Below, piece after piece: positions 20,776 through 28,554 of a stretch of DNA of 64,000 nucleotides. The position numbers were made by a program, and so were the translations under genes. The first letter of the stretch is position 1; every line of letters starts with the position of its first letter. Source of the DNA: Pseudomonadota bacterium (lineage in GTDB: Bacteria; Pseudomonadota; Gammaproteobacteria; Burkholderiales; Burkholderiaceae_C); assembly GCA_040388075.1 (NCBI GenBank), contig JAZKCN010000002.1:35382-99381 (forward strand). The letters run 5' to 3'. The notes below the pieces were generated by a model. The model had not been told where the DNA came from. It was given only the letters and a program-made list of their open reading frames with translations, and ran no database searches.

Positions 20776-21249
20776 ATGGAAACTAGCGATACATCTCCCG
20801 CAGGCTTGGCACATCTGTATCTCGCTCGTTATTGGGATGGCAACCTCCCTGTTAACCCCAAGAAAATCGCTGAAGATCTTTCTCTTGAAGTTATACCTAT
20901 GTATGGCTGGGAATTCAGCGGATATTACGACCCATCTTCAAAGCATATTCTTTACAACGGAGATGAGCATCTTGTGAGGCGTCGCTTCACGATTGCCCAT
21001 GAGCTTGGGCATTTCGCGTTGAAACATCCAGCTGCACCGCGTGACAAGTTGGATAGCTTTTCAGCATCTATCCGGTCGCCGATTGAATCTGCTGCCAATA
21101 GATTTGCGGCGGAGCTTCTCATGCCGAAAGAGTCGGTAAGAATTGTTGCCCGTGCGCGGGGGATGTCATCCGTAGATGAAATGGCACAGGCATTTGGCGT
21201 GTCAAAGTTGGCGATGGCATTTCGCTTAAACAATCTGAAGCTTGACTAA
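20776..21249 (+). CDS. ImmA/IrrE family (peptidase M78) metallopeptidase
   Basis: RRRFTIAHELGH (HExxH), ESAANRFAAELLMP, AFGVS..AM..RL; AAGGAG RBS 7 nt before ATG 20776. Confidence 0.9.
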   Translation: METSDTSPAGLAHLYLARYWDGNLPVNPKKIAEDLSLEVIPMYGWEFSGYYDPSSKHILYNGDEHLVRRRFTIAHELGHFALKHPAAPRDKLDSFSASIRSPIESAANRFAAELLMPKESVRIVARARGMSSVDEMAQAFGVSKLAMAFRLNNLKLD

Positions 21250-21647
21250 TGAGTGCCGTTCCGCCTGATGATCTAAGTGGCGATGGCAACCCGGACCAAA
21301 GCGTTATAGACAACGCTAACGCAGCCCTTCGTGATCAGAAATGGCGGTCTACTTATAGAACAGTTGCCACTCTTTGCGCTGTACTTGTGATGGGGTTGCT
21401 TGGCTTACTTCTTTACGCGCTGATATGCGCAGTTACCAATGAACTATCGCGTGTGAACAATGCGGTGGTCGCTGTGGTTGCGTCTCTTGTCATTGCTATT
21501 ACCGTTCTAGCAATAGCATTGTTGCGCGCTACGTTTCAGTCTGCAAAAACCACCGATAAAGAATCGGAGTTCTCCCTGCCGAATATGGAAGTAATAAAGG
21601 CCCTGAGAGACGCCTTCGATTTAGTCATAAAAGGCAAAACCGGCTAA
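21249..21647 (+). CDS. Hypothetical two-TM membrane protein
   Basis: Two long hydrophobic segments; TAATG stop/start overlap with the peptidase gene. Confidence 0.7.
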   Translation: MSAVPPDDLSGDGNPDQSVIDNANAALRDQKWRSTYRTVATLCAVLVMGLLGLLLYALICAVTNELSRVNNAVVAVVASLVIAITVLAIALLRATFQSAKTTDKESEFSLPNMEVIKALRDAFDLVIKGKTG

Positions 21648-21668
21648 ACCCGCTCAGGCGGGTTTTTT
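21646..21668. terminator. Intrinsic terminator, possibly bidirectional
   Basis: AAACCCGC-TCAG-GCGGGTTT followed by a T run. Confidence 0.75.
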
Positions 21669-21788
21669 CTTGTCCGCTGGTTTCCCACTAGTCTTAGGCT
21701 TAGGCGGTGCGTCTAGCATCCGTTTAAGCACGTCATCAAACTTCGGAGATTCATCCGAGGGTGGGGGCTTAGGGGGAGTTTTTGTCAT
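21654..21788 (-). CDS. Possible 44-aa Pro/Lys-rich small protein (below the ORF-track cut-off)
   Basis: MTKTPPKPPPSDESPKFDDVLKRMLDAPPKPKTSGKPADKKKPA; its stop lies in the terminator hairpin. Confidence 0.45.
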   Translation of the reverse strand: MTKTPPKPPPSDESPKFDDVLKRMLDAPPKPKTSGKPADKKKPA

Positions 21789-22410
21789 GAGTCCTACCGA
21801 GGAAATGGTCGCATTCTATTTTGAGCTTGGGCTAGCAATCACACAATGGGCAAACGTAGAGTTAACTCTTTTCGAGGTTGCATCTGCTTGCATGAGCAAG
21901 CGGGATAGAAAACTTCTTGCACTTGGTTATTTCAATCTTGAAAGTTTTCGCGGGAAGTTGGACTTTGTTGATGGCGTAGTCGAGGGGAAAATCAAAACAA
22001 AAAATCCGCGAATTTATACCGAGTGGAGAACTTTGTACGACAAAACCAGCCAACTCTCTGTGACTAGAAACAAACTAGCTCACAACTCCGTTATGGGCTT
22101 CTTGAATGGTTCTGCAGGCCGACACATCGGCATAGTTCCGTGGATAACAAAAGACAACCCAAAGATCAAAAAGAAAGCCGCACCAGGAGTCGCACCTTCG
22201 GACGCCTTGTGCGTAAGAGACATTATTTCTTTCAGGTTCGAAGGCTTTCACACGCGGATGCGGATTGAAAACTTGGCTCACAAGATAGCCCGTAAGCCAG
22301 TGCCGTTTTCAAGACTCGCTCCACAACCAAATAGTCCCCCTCCGATTCACGAAATAAGCGCCCAGATGCGCGCAATGATTCAACCCCAGCGTCAATCATC
22401 TCGGGCGTAA
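21787..22410 (+). CDS. Hypothetical protein with a HEPN-like R-x4-H motif
   Basis: LGLAITQWANVE...EWRTLYDKTSQLSVTRNKLAHN; helical pattern; start 21787 or 21805 (GAGGA RBS before 21805). Confidence 0.55.
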   Translation: MSPTEEMVAFYFELGLAITQWANVELTLFEVASACMSKRDRKLLALGYFNLESFRGKLDFVDGVVEGKIKTKNPRIYTEWRTLYDKTSQLSVTRNKLAHNSVMGFLNGSAGRHIGIVPWITKDNPKIKKKAAPGVAPSDALCVRDIISFRFEGFHTRMRIENLAHKIARKPVPFSRLAPQPNSPPPIHEISAQMRAMIQPQRQSSRA

Positions 22411-22438
22411 TTTCAATGGGCGTGTCTGAATTCAGCAT
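22232..22438 (-). CDS. Possible small hypothetical protein (IEITPEMIDAGV...)
   Basis: 68-aa ORF reading inward from the right TIR; protein-like N-terminal 45 aa; overlaps the 3' end of the HEPN-like ORF. Confidence 0.4.
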   Translation of the reverse strand: MLNSDTPIEITPEMIDAGVESLRASGRLFRESEGDYLVVERVLKTALAYGLSCEPSFQSASACESLRT

Positions 22439-22509
22439 AATTCAGATATATTAGCGAAATCCAGCCAAACCGTTAGAGGGTTTGTTAGATACATACTTCG
22501 CTAAAAAAG

Positions 22510-22558
22510 GCCTGCAGCCCAATCTGGACTAACGCGACCAGCTATTAATTTGGTAGCA
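22510..22558 (+). repeat. 158-bp dispersed element, copy A, right part
   Basis: GCCTGCAGCCCAATCTGGACTAACGCGACCAGCTATTAATTTGGTAGCA aligns with positions 110-158 of copies B, C and D. Confidence 0.85.
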
Positions 22559-22634
22559 AAAACAACCCGGGTGTTGCCGTGGATTCACAATCAGCGCATG
22601 GCAGCCTGTCCCGGGCAGCGATTGAAAGGCAAGC

Positions 22635-23306
22635 ATGAACATCCTGATCTTTGGCGCGACCGGCATGGTCGGTCAGTCCGTGTTGCGTGAGTGCCTGGAG
22701 GCGCCTGACGTCGAGGGTGTGGTGGCGGTGGGCCGCAGCGCTACAGAAGTGCAGCACCCGCGCCTGAGCAACATCGTGACGCCCGACCTGTACGACCTCA
22801 GCACGATCGAGGGCCAGCTGTCGCCTTTCGACGCCTGCTTTTTCTGCCTGGGCGTGTCGTCAATCGGCATGAGCGAGGCCGACTACACCAGGGTCACGCA
22901 CGACCTGACGCTGAATGCAGCACGCCTTCTGGTCAAGGCCAATCCGCAGATGACATTCACCTACGTCACCGGCGCCAGCACCGACAGCAGCGAAAAAGGC
23001 AGTTCGATGTGGGCACGCGTGAAGGGCCGCACGGAAAACGAATTGATGGCACTGGGCTTCAAGGCCGCCTACATGTTCCGCCCCGGCATCATCCAGCCCC
23101 TGCACGCCGTGCGCTCAAAAACACTGGCCTACCGCGCAGCCTATGTCGTGGCCGCACCGCTGTTCGGCCTCATCAAGGCATTCAGGCCGCAGTCCATGGT
23201 GACCTCGGTAGAAGTCGGGCAGGCCATGCTGAGCGTGGCGCGCCATGGCTATGTGCGGCCGATTCTGGAGGTGACGGATATTCAGCAGGCTGCGCGGGTG
23301 GCGTGA
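22635..23306 (+). CDS. NAD(P)-binding Rossmann protein (epimerase/dehydratase, YraR-like)
   Basis: IFGATGMVG, FFCLG, WARVKGRTEN, FRPG. Confidence 0.85.
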   Translation: MNILIFGATGMVGQSVLRECLEAPDVEGVVAVGRSATEVQHPRLSNIVTPDLYDLSTIEGQLSPFDACFFCLGVSSIGMSEADYTRVTHDLTLNAARLLVKANPQMTFTYVTGASTDSSEKGSSMWARVKGRTENELMALGFKAAYMFRPGIIQPLHAVRSKTLAYRAAYVVAAPLFGLIKAFRPQSMVTSVEVGQAMLSVARHGYVRPILEVTDIQQAARVA

Positions 23307-23351
23307 AGGCTGGCGGCCAAGGCCCCGAGCTACATTTCCCCGCGTATTTGG

Positions 23352-23741
23352 CTAACCGTCTGCACCGTCCTTGCGCGCCTTGCGGGTTGCCGGGGTCTCC
23401 CATTCCACCGCCCTGAAAGGCGAATCTTTTCGGGCTGACGGATTAGGCGGCGTCTCAAGCGCCGTACGCGACTTCTGCTCGATCACGAGCCGTTCCGCCG
23501 ATTTGTCGCTCGTGCGCCTGGCGCGCGGGCGCACCGCAGCCTCGTCAGTTTCCGGGTAGCCGTGTCGCATGTCGGCCGTATAGCGCCAGGTCAGAAAATC
23601 ATCGATTCCGGGGCGTTTTCCCTCGCCCAACTCATACGCTGCAATCTGGTTGAGCAGCTGACTGCAGCGGGATTCGTTCTCGATATCGGCCAGCTCCTGC
23701 GCAATGGCAAACTCCAGCCTCCCGAGCTTTTCGCTCTTCAT
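23352..23741 (-). CDS. Hypothetical protein
   Basis: 129-aa ORF with a strong AGGAGGT RBS 6 nt before ATG. Confidence 0.6.
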   Translation of the reverse strand: MKSEKLGRLEFAIAQELADIENESRCSQLLNQIAAYELGEGKRPGIDDFLTWRYTADMRHGYPETDEAAVRPRARRTSDKSAERLVIEQKSRTALETPPNPSARKDSPFRAVEWETPATRKARKDGADG

Positions 23742-23951
23742 AAGATCACCTCCTGTATTTTTATGGAGGTACTTTAGCCAGCGGTTTCGCGCTTTCCTAT
23801 GTCAATTTTCGAACGCGAATGTAGGATTTTTTTGACACTGCGGGCCAGAATTTGGGAAACATCCAGATGCATCAGAGCTGGCAAAGCTCCTGTCGCGATA
23901 ACCCGTCAAAGGAGTGCATCCCCGCAGCCGCCCACTGAAGCTGACGCAAGA

Positions 23952-24245
23952 TCAAACCTTGCGCGGGTCCCGCGGGATCCAGTGTTTGACGCTACCGTCG
24001 TTCGCCGTGAATGCTGCGAAGGCTGCATCGGCCAGAACCTGGCGGCCCGCCGGGGTTAATGCCAGCACCCTCGCGCTGTCGATTTTTTTGCTGACCTTGT
24101 AGACCAGGGTCAACAACAAGCCAGCCTCGCGCAAGGCCTTGATGTCCATGACCCTGGCTTGTTCAGTGATGGTGACGGGCAGGGGCAACGCTGCCAGTTC
24201 GCGCAGCAGCTCAAGGTCGAGTCCATGGGTAACGGTGTTTGCCAT
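23952..24245 (-). CDS. Small hypothetical protein (possible winged-helix-like)
   Basis: LELLRELAALPLPVTIT..IKALREAGLL..ARVLALTPAGRQVL; start chosen at MANTV. Confidence 0.55.
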   Translation of the reverse strand: MANTVTHGLDLELLRELAALPLPVTITEQARVMDIKALREAGLLLTLVYKVSKKIDSARVLALTPAGRQVLADAAFAAFTANDGSVKHWIPRDPRKV

Positions 24246-24471
24246 GCGCAGCAGATTGCGGCACTGGCGTGGCACTCAAGTTCCGGGTGTGTAAATCACA
24301 CGCAAAGTCTGCCTGTTTCCTACAAAAGCATGGAGGACAGAAGCGTGATCTCAAGTTGCAGTGGACCAGTTTCCCACCGCTGCTTACAAGGGAAAGTTGT
24401 GCTGGCTTCAAGCCGGCACTTTTTTGTCAGGTAGGCGAAGAAAGTGTCACGAGGGCGCTTGCCAATGCGTA

Positions 24472-24493
24472 ATTGTAGGAAATTACCTACAAT
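24472..24493. promoter_or_regulatory. Palindrome ATTGTAGG-N6-CCTACAAT in a divergent promoter
   Basis: Perfect 8-bp arms between the hypothetical gene (-) and the GAF gene (+); regulator unknown. Confidence 0.5.
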
Positions 24494-24584
24494 ACATATC
24501 GGATGAATAGCCATAGACAACAGCGGTTCGTACCAAGGAAGCCGGCCAGGTTTTTCTGTTCATTCGCCAACTCGAAGGTGCCCC

Positions 24585-25250
24585 ATGGAAACATTCGCTG
24601 TCGATCTCGCCGAAGTCCCCGCGCCGGTCCACAAGGTCATTGCCAATCGTCTTCTGGCAGAGCGGCCGTCACGCACGCCCGACTACAAGTCTGAAGTCGA
24701 AGCCACCACTGAGGTCATCAAGGCACTGCGGGAAACACCGGGTACGGTGTTAAAGAAGCTTTCGGATGCAGTCAGGACGCTGACCAATGCCGACTCTGCT
24801 GGCGTCAGCTTGTCAGGGCGTGATCAGGGCAAGCAGATTTTTCTGTGGCAAGCGGCTGTTGGACTATTCGAGAAGTATCTCGGCAGCGTGGTTCTTCATG
24901 AAGAAAGCCCTTGCGGCTGTGTGCTCGAAACCGACTCGACGCTGTTGATGGTGAATCCTGGAGACGCGTATAAAACCGCCGCCCAGGTGCAGCCTCCGAT
25001 TCGTGAAGTCCTGCTGGTCCCGTTTCACGTTGAAGGCCGGGTAGCGGGGACGGTGTGGGTCATCTCACAATCGGCAAAAACTTTCGATGCTGAAGACGCG
25101 CGTATCGTCAAGAACATTTCAGAGCTGGCTGCACTGGCCTACCAGACACTGATCAAACTCGACAACCTTGAGTTGCTAAGCAAGACAGTGCAGCTGGTCG
25201 CCGACGATCAGTTCAAGGAGCGCGAGCTCGTTTTCACGGCACGCAATTAG
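24585..25250 (+). CDS. Stand-alone GAF domain protein
   Basis: ADSAGVSL, ESPCGCVLE, EVLLVPF..VAGTVWVIS...FDAEDARIV. Confidence 0.8.
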   Translation: METFAVDLAEVPAPVHKVIANRLLAERPSRTPDYKSEVEATTEVIKALRETPGTVLKKLSDAVRTLTNADSAGVSLSGRDQGKQIFLWQAAVGLFEKYLGSVVLHEESPCGCVLETDSTLLMVNPGDAYKTAAQVQPPIREVLLVPFHVEGRVAGTVWVISQSAKTFDAEDARIVKNISELAALAYQTLIKLDNLELLSKTVQLVADDQFKERELVFTARN

Positions 25251-25337
25251 ATAGTCCTCGCGCCCCTGACAAAGAGGCGTGGAGATGCAGAACCTGCAAC
25301 AGGCCTGCCTTGAGCGACAAAATGCAGCAACCTCGAA

Positions 25338-25495
25338 ATGTAAAGTCTACTTTACATCGACTTGCTTTAATGGGTTCGGAATGCGCCGCGATGGCGTCCT
25401 GAAGCTCTGAAAAGCCCAAAAAAAGCCATTTTTGACCATCAAAAAGGCCTGCAACCCAATGTGGACTAGCGCCACCTGCTACTGATTTGGTAGCA
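25338..25495 (+). repeat. 158-bp dispersed element, copy B
   Basis: ATGTAAAG-TCTA-CTTTACAT ... ATCAAAAAGGCCTGCAACCCAATGTGGACTAGCGCCACCTGCTACTGATTTGGTAGCA. Confidence 0.88.
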
Positions 25496-25552
25496 CGTCA
25501 AATCCAGGCATCAGCGCACTAGTGGGCGGGCCTCAAGGCTGCGGTCATTCAA

Positions 25553-26611
25553 TCAGCCCGGCCGCATCCCGTCAAACGCATCCTGGAACAGCTGGCGTAT
25601 TGCCGTGCGCTCCAGCGGGCGCGGATTGGCGTACTGGTTTTGCATCGCGATATCGCAGGCCTTGTCGAGGTCCGCTTCCTTCATGCCGATGTCTTTCAAG
25701 GCAACCGGTGCGCCGTTGTTTTTGGCGAGGTCGTACACAGCCTGGGCGGCGTTGTTGCTGCCCAGTGCATCGGCCACCATCTGCATCGCCTGTGGCGCCG
25801 CGGCGGCGTTGTAGGCCAGTGCATGCGGCAAGACGATGGTGTGCGTTTCGGCATGCGGCAGGTTGAAGCTGCCGCCCAGTGTGTGGCACAGCTTGTGGTG
25901 CAGCGCCATGCCGACGTTGCCCAGCACCATGCCGCACAGCCAGGTGCCGTAGAGCGCGTCGCTTCGGGCCTGCATGTCATTGGGCGCCTTCCTGATGGCG
26001 GGCAAGGCGCGGCCCATCGCCGCTATGCCCTCTTTGGCCATCAGGTCCATCACCGGGTTGCTGTCGGTGGCGTACAGGCCTTCGGCGGCATGGGCAATCG
26101 CGTTGATGCCGCTGGTGATGCTCATGCCGACTGGCAGGCCGACGCTGAGTTCGGGGTCGTAAATCGTGGTGCGCGGCAACACGCGGGCGTCCTTGCCGGT
26201 CTTCTTGATGCCCGCTTCGGTGATGCCGTAAATCGGCGTCATCTCGGAGCCGGCATAGGTCGTGGGAATCGCGAGTATGGGCAAACCGGAATCCAGCGCA
26301 ATCGCCTTGCCGAGACCGGTGGTGGAGCCGCCGCCTATCGCCACCGCGCAGTCGGCACCCAGACGGTTGGCGACCTCCCGGGCTTCGCGTGCGGTCTCAA
26401 TCGGCACGTGCATCACCGCACGGTCGAACACACCGGCAGCGCGTGCGCCCAGCAGGTCGGCAACCATCTCGGCTGATTTGCGCTGTTCGGGCGTGGACAG
26501 CACGAGCGCCTTGGTGGCGCCGAGGAACTCAATCTCGCGCAGCAGGTGCTGCAGGCTGCCGGCACCGAACACCACACGCGAGGGCTGGCCGTTGTAAACA
26601 AAACTTTTCAT
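25553..26611 (-). CDS. Maleylacetate reductase (Fe-ADH family)
   Basis: RVVFGAGS, AVMHVP, GGGSTTGLGKAIAL, PTTYAGSEMT, NAIAHAAE, LHHKLCHTLGG, HAETH. Confidence 0.92.
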   Translation of the reverse strand: MKSFVYNGQPSRVVFGAGSLQHLLREIEFLGATKALVLSTPEQRKSAEMVADLLGARAAGVFDRAVMHVPIETAREAREVANRLGADCAVAIGGGSTTGLGKAIALDSGLPILAIPTTYAGSEMTPIYGITEAGIKKTGKDARVLPRTTIYDPELSVGLPVGMSITSGINAIAHAAEGLYATDSNPVMDLMAKEGIAAMGRALPAIRKAPNDMQARSDALYGTWLCGMVLGNVGMALHHKLCHTLGGSFNLPHAETHTIVLPHALAYNAAAAPQAMQMVADALGSNNAAQAVYDLAKNNGAPVALKDIGMKEADLDKACDIAMQNQYANPRPLERTAIRQLFQDAFDGMRPG

Positions 26612-26647
26612 GGCCAGTGCCCCGGTTGCGGTCAGGTGATCAGCGAA

Positions 26648-27850
26648 TCAGACGCGCTCGATGATGAGTGCAATGCCCTGGCCCACGCCAATGCACATCG
26701 TGCACAGCGCGTAGCGGCCGTTGGTCTTGTGCAGCTGGTTGACGGCGGTTGTGACCAGGCGTGCGCCCGATGCGCCCAGTGGGTGGCCGAGTGCGATCGC
26801 ACCGCCATTGGGGTTCACGCGCGGGTCGTTGTCCTGCAGGCCCAGTTCACGCAGCACGGCCAGGCCTTGCGCAGCGAACGCTTCGTTCAGTTCGATGACA
26901 TCCATCTGCTCGAGCTTGAGGCCGGTCAACGCCAGTACTTTTTGCGTGGCGGGTGCGGGGCCAATGCCCATGATGCGCGGTGCCACACCGACGGTGGCCA
27001 TGCCGACGATGCGGGCGCGCGGCGTGAGGCCGTTTTTCTTTGCGGCTTCTTCGTTGCCAATCAGCATGGCGCAGGCGCCGTCGTTGACGCCGGAGGCATT
27101 GCCTGCCGTCACGGTGCCGTCAGGGCGCACAACACCCTTGAGTTTGGCCAGCGTTTCCATCGTGGTTTCGCGTGGGTGCTCGTCCTTGCTGACGACGACG
27201 GCGTCGCCCTTCTTTTGCGCAATGGTGACCGGCACGATTTCCGAATCAAAGAAGCCGGCCTTCTGCGCGGCGACGGCCTTGAGCTGGCTGGCGAGGGCCA
27301 TTTTGTCCTGGTCTTCGCGGCTGATCTTGTAATCGGTGGCGACGTTTTCTGCCGTCTCGGGCATGGCGTCGACACCGTACTTTTCCTTCATCAGCTTGTT
27401 GATGAAACGCCAGCCGATGGTGGTGTCATACATCTGCACATTGCGGCTGAAAGGGCTGTCGGCCTTGCCCATCACGTACGGTGCACGGCTCATGCTTTCA
27501 ACACCGCCGGCAATCATCAGCGATGCTTCGCCGGACTTGATGGCGCGCGCAGCGGTGCCCACGGCATCCATGCCGGAGCCGCACAGGCGGTTGATGGTGG
27601 CGCCGGGCATTTCAATCGGCAGGCCTGCCAGCAGGGTCGCCATGTGGGCGACGTTGCGGTTGTCTTCACCGGCCTGGTTGACGTTGCCGTAAATCACATC
27701 GGTCACGGCCAGCCAGTCGACATTGGGGTTGCGGGCCATCAGTGCCTTCAGCGGCACGGCGCCGAGGTCATCGGTGCGCACGCTGCTGAGCGCGCCGCCG
27801 TAACGGCCAAAAGGGGTGCGCACTGCGTCGCAGATAAATGCCTGGTTCAT
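26648..27850 (-). CDS. pcaF: 3-oxoadipyl-CoA thiolase
   Basis: RTPFGRYGGALSSVRTDDLG, NRLCGSG, NEAFA, GHPLGASG, CIGVGQG. Confidence 0.92.
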   Translation of the reverse strand: MNQAFICDAVRTPFGRYGGALSSVRTDDLGAVPLKALMARNPNVDWLAVTDVIYGNVNQAGEDNRNVAHMATLLAGLPIEMPGATINRLCGSGMDAVGTAARAIKSGEASLMIAGGVESMSRAPYVMGKADSPFSRNVQMYDTTIGWRFINKLMKEKYGVDAMPETAENVATDYKISREDQDKMALASQLKAVAAQKAGFFDSEIVPVTIAQKKGDAVVVSKDEHPRETTMETLAKLKGVVRPDGTVTAGNASGVNDGACAMLIGNEEAAKKNGLTPRARIVGMATVGVAPRIMGIGPAPATQKVLALTGLKLEQMDVIELNEAFAAQGLAVLRELGLQDNDPRVNPNGGAIALGHPLGASGARLVTTAVNQLHKTNGRYALCTMCIGVGQGIALIIERV

Positions 27851-27893
27851 GAGGGTCTCCGGTTAATGCAGAAATTGAAATGGAAAATTTGGG

Positions 27894-28535
27894 TCAGACA
27901 GCTATTGGCAGGCCGACCAGCTTCTCGAGCTCGGCATGCTCCAGGCCATCGACCTTGTCGATAAGTTTGAGGCCGTCGGGCGTGCAGGCCAGCGTGGCGA
28001 GGTCTGAATAAATGCGTTTGACGCAGCCGATGCCGGTCAGCGGATAGGTGCATTTGTCGACGACCTTGCTCTCACCCTTTTTTGTCAGCAGGTCCATCAT
28101 GACCCAGGTCTGCTTGGCGCCAATGGCGAGATCCATCGCACCGCCCACGGCAGGGATGGAGCCGGGTTCGCCGGTGCTCCAGTTGGCCAAGTCGCCGGTA
28201 GCGGAAATCTGGAAGGCGCCCAGCACGCAGATGTCGAGGTGGCCGCCACGCATCATGGCGAAGCTGTCGGCATGGTGAAAGAAGGCGCCGCCCTTGAGCA
28301 GCGTCACCGGCTGTTTGCCGGCATTGATCAGGTCGTAGTCTTCCTGCCCTTCAGCAGGCGCAGGGCCCATGCCGAGGATGCCGTTTTCGCTGTGCAGTAG
28401 CACTTCGCGGCTGGACGGGATGTGGTTGGCCACCAGCGTGGGCTGGCCTATGCCGAGGTTGACGGTTGCGCCTTCAGGAATGTCCTGGGCAACACGTGCT
28501 GCGAGCTGGTCTTTGGTGCGTTTCTGGTAGGTCAT
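27894..28535 (-). CDS. pcaJ: 3-oxoadipate CoA-transferase subunit B
   Basis: NLGIGQPT, SENG (catalytic Glu), GGAMDLA. Confidence 0.9.
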   Translation of the reverse strand: MTYQKRTKDQLAARVAQDIPEGATVNLGIGQPTLVANHIPSSREVLLHSENGILGMGPAPAEGQEDYDLINAGKQPVTLLKGGAFFHHADSFAMMRGGHLDICVLGAFQISATGDLANWSTGEPGSIPAVGGAMDLAIGAKQTWVMMDLLTKKGESKVVDKCTYPLTGIGCVKRIYSDLATLACTPDGLKLIDKVDGLEHAELEKLVGLPIAV

Positions 28536-28554
28536 GGTGTGTCGTTCCAAAGAT

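Larger units (their letters stand above)
19639..22501 (+). mobile_element. IS1595-family element with passenger genes, 2863 bp
   Basis: 25-bp TIRs GCGAAGTATGTAT(T/C)T(G/A)ACAAACCCT with 2 mismatches; 8-bp TSD TAAAAAAG at 19631-19638 and 22502-22509; transposase inside. Confidence 0.95.

Noticed and set aside
26546-27964. 472-aa plus-strand ORF
   Set aside because: Antisense shadow of pcaF
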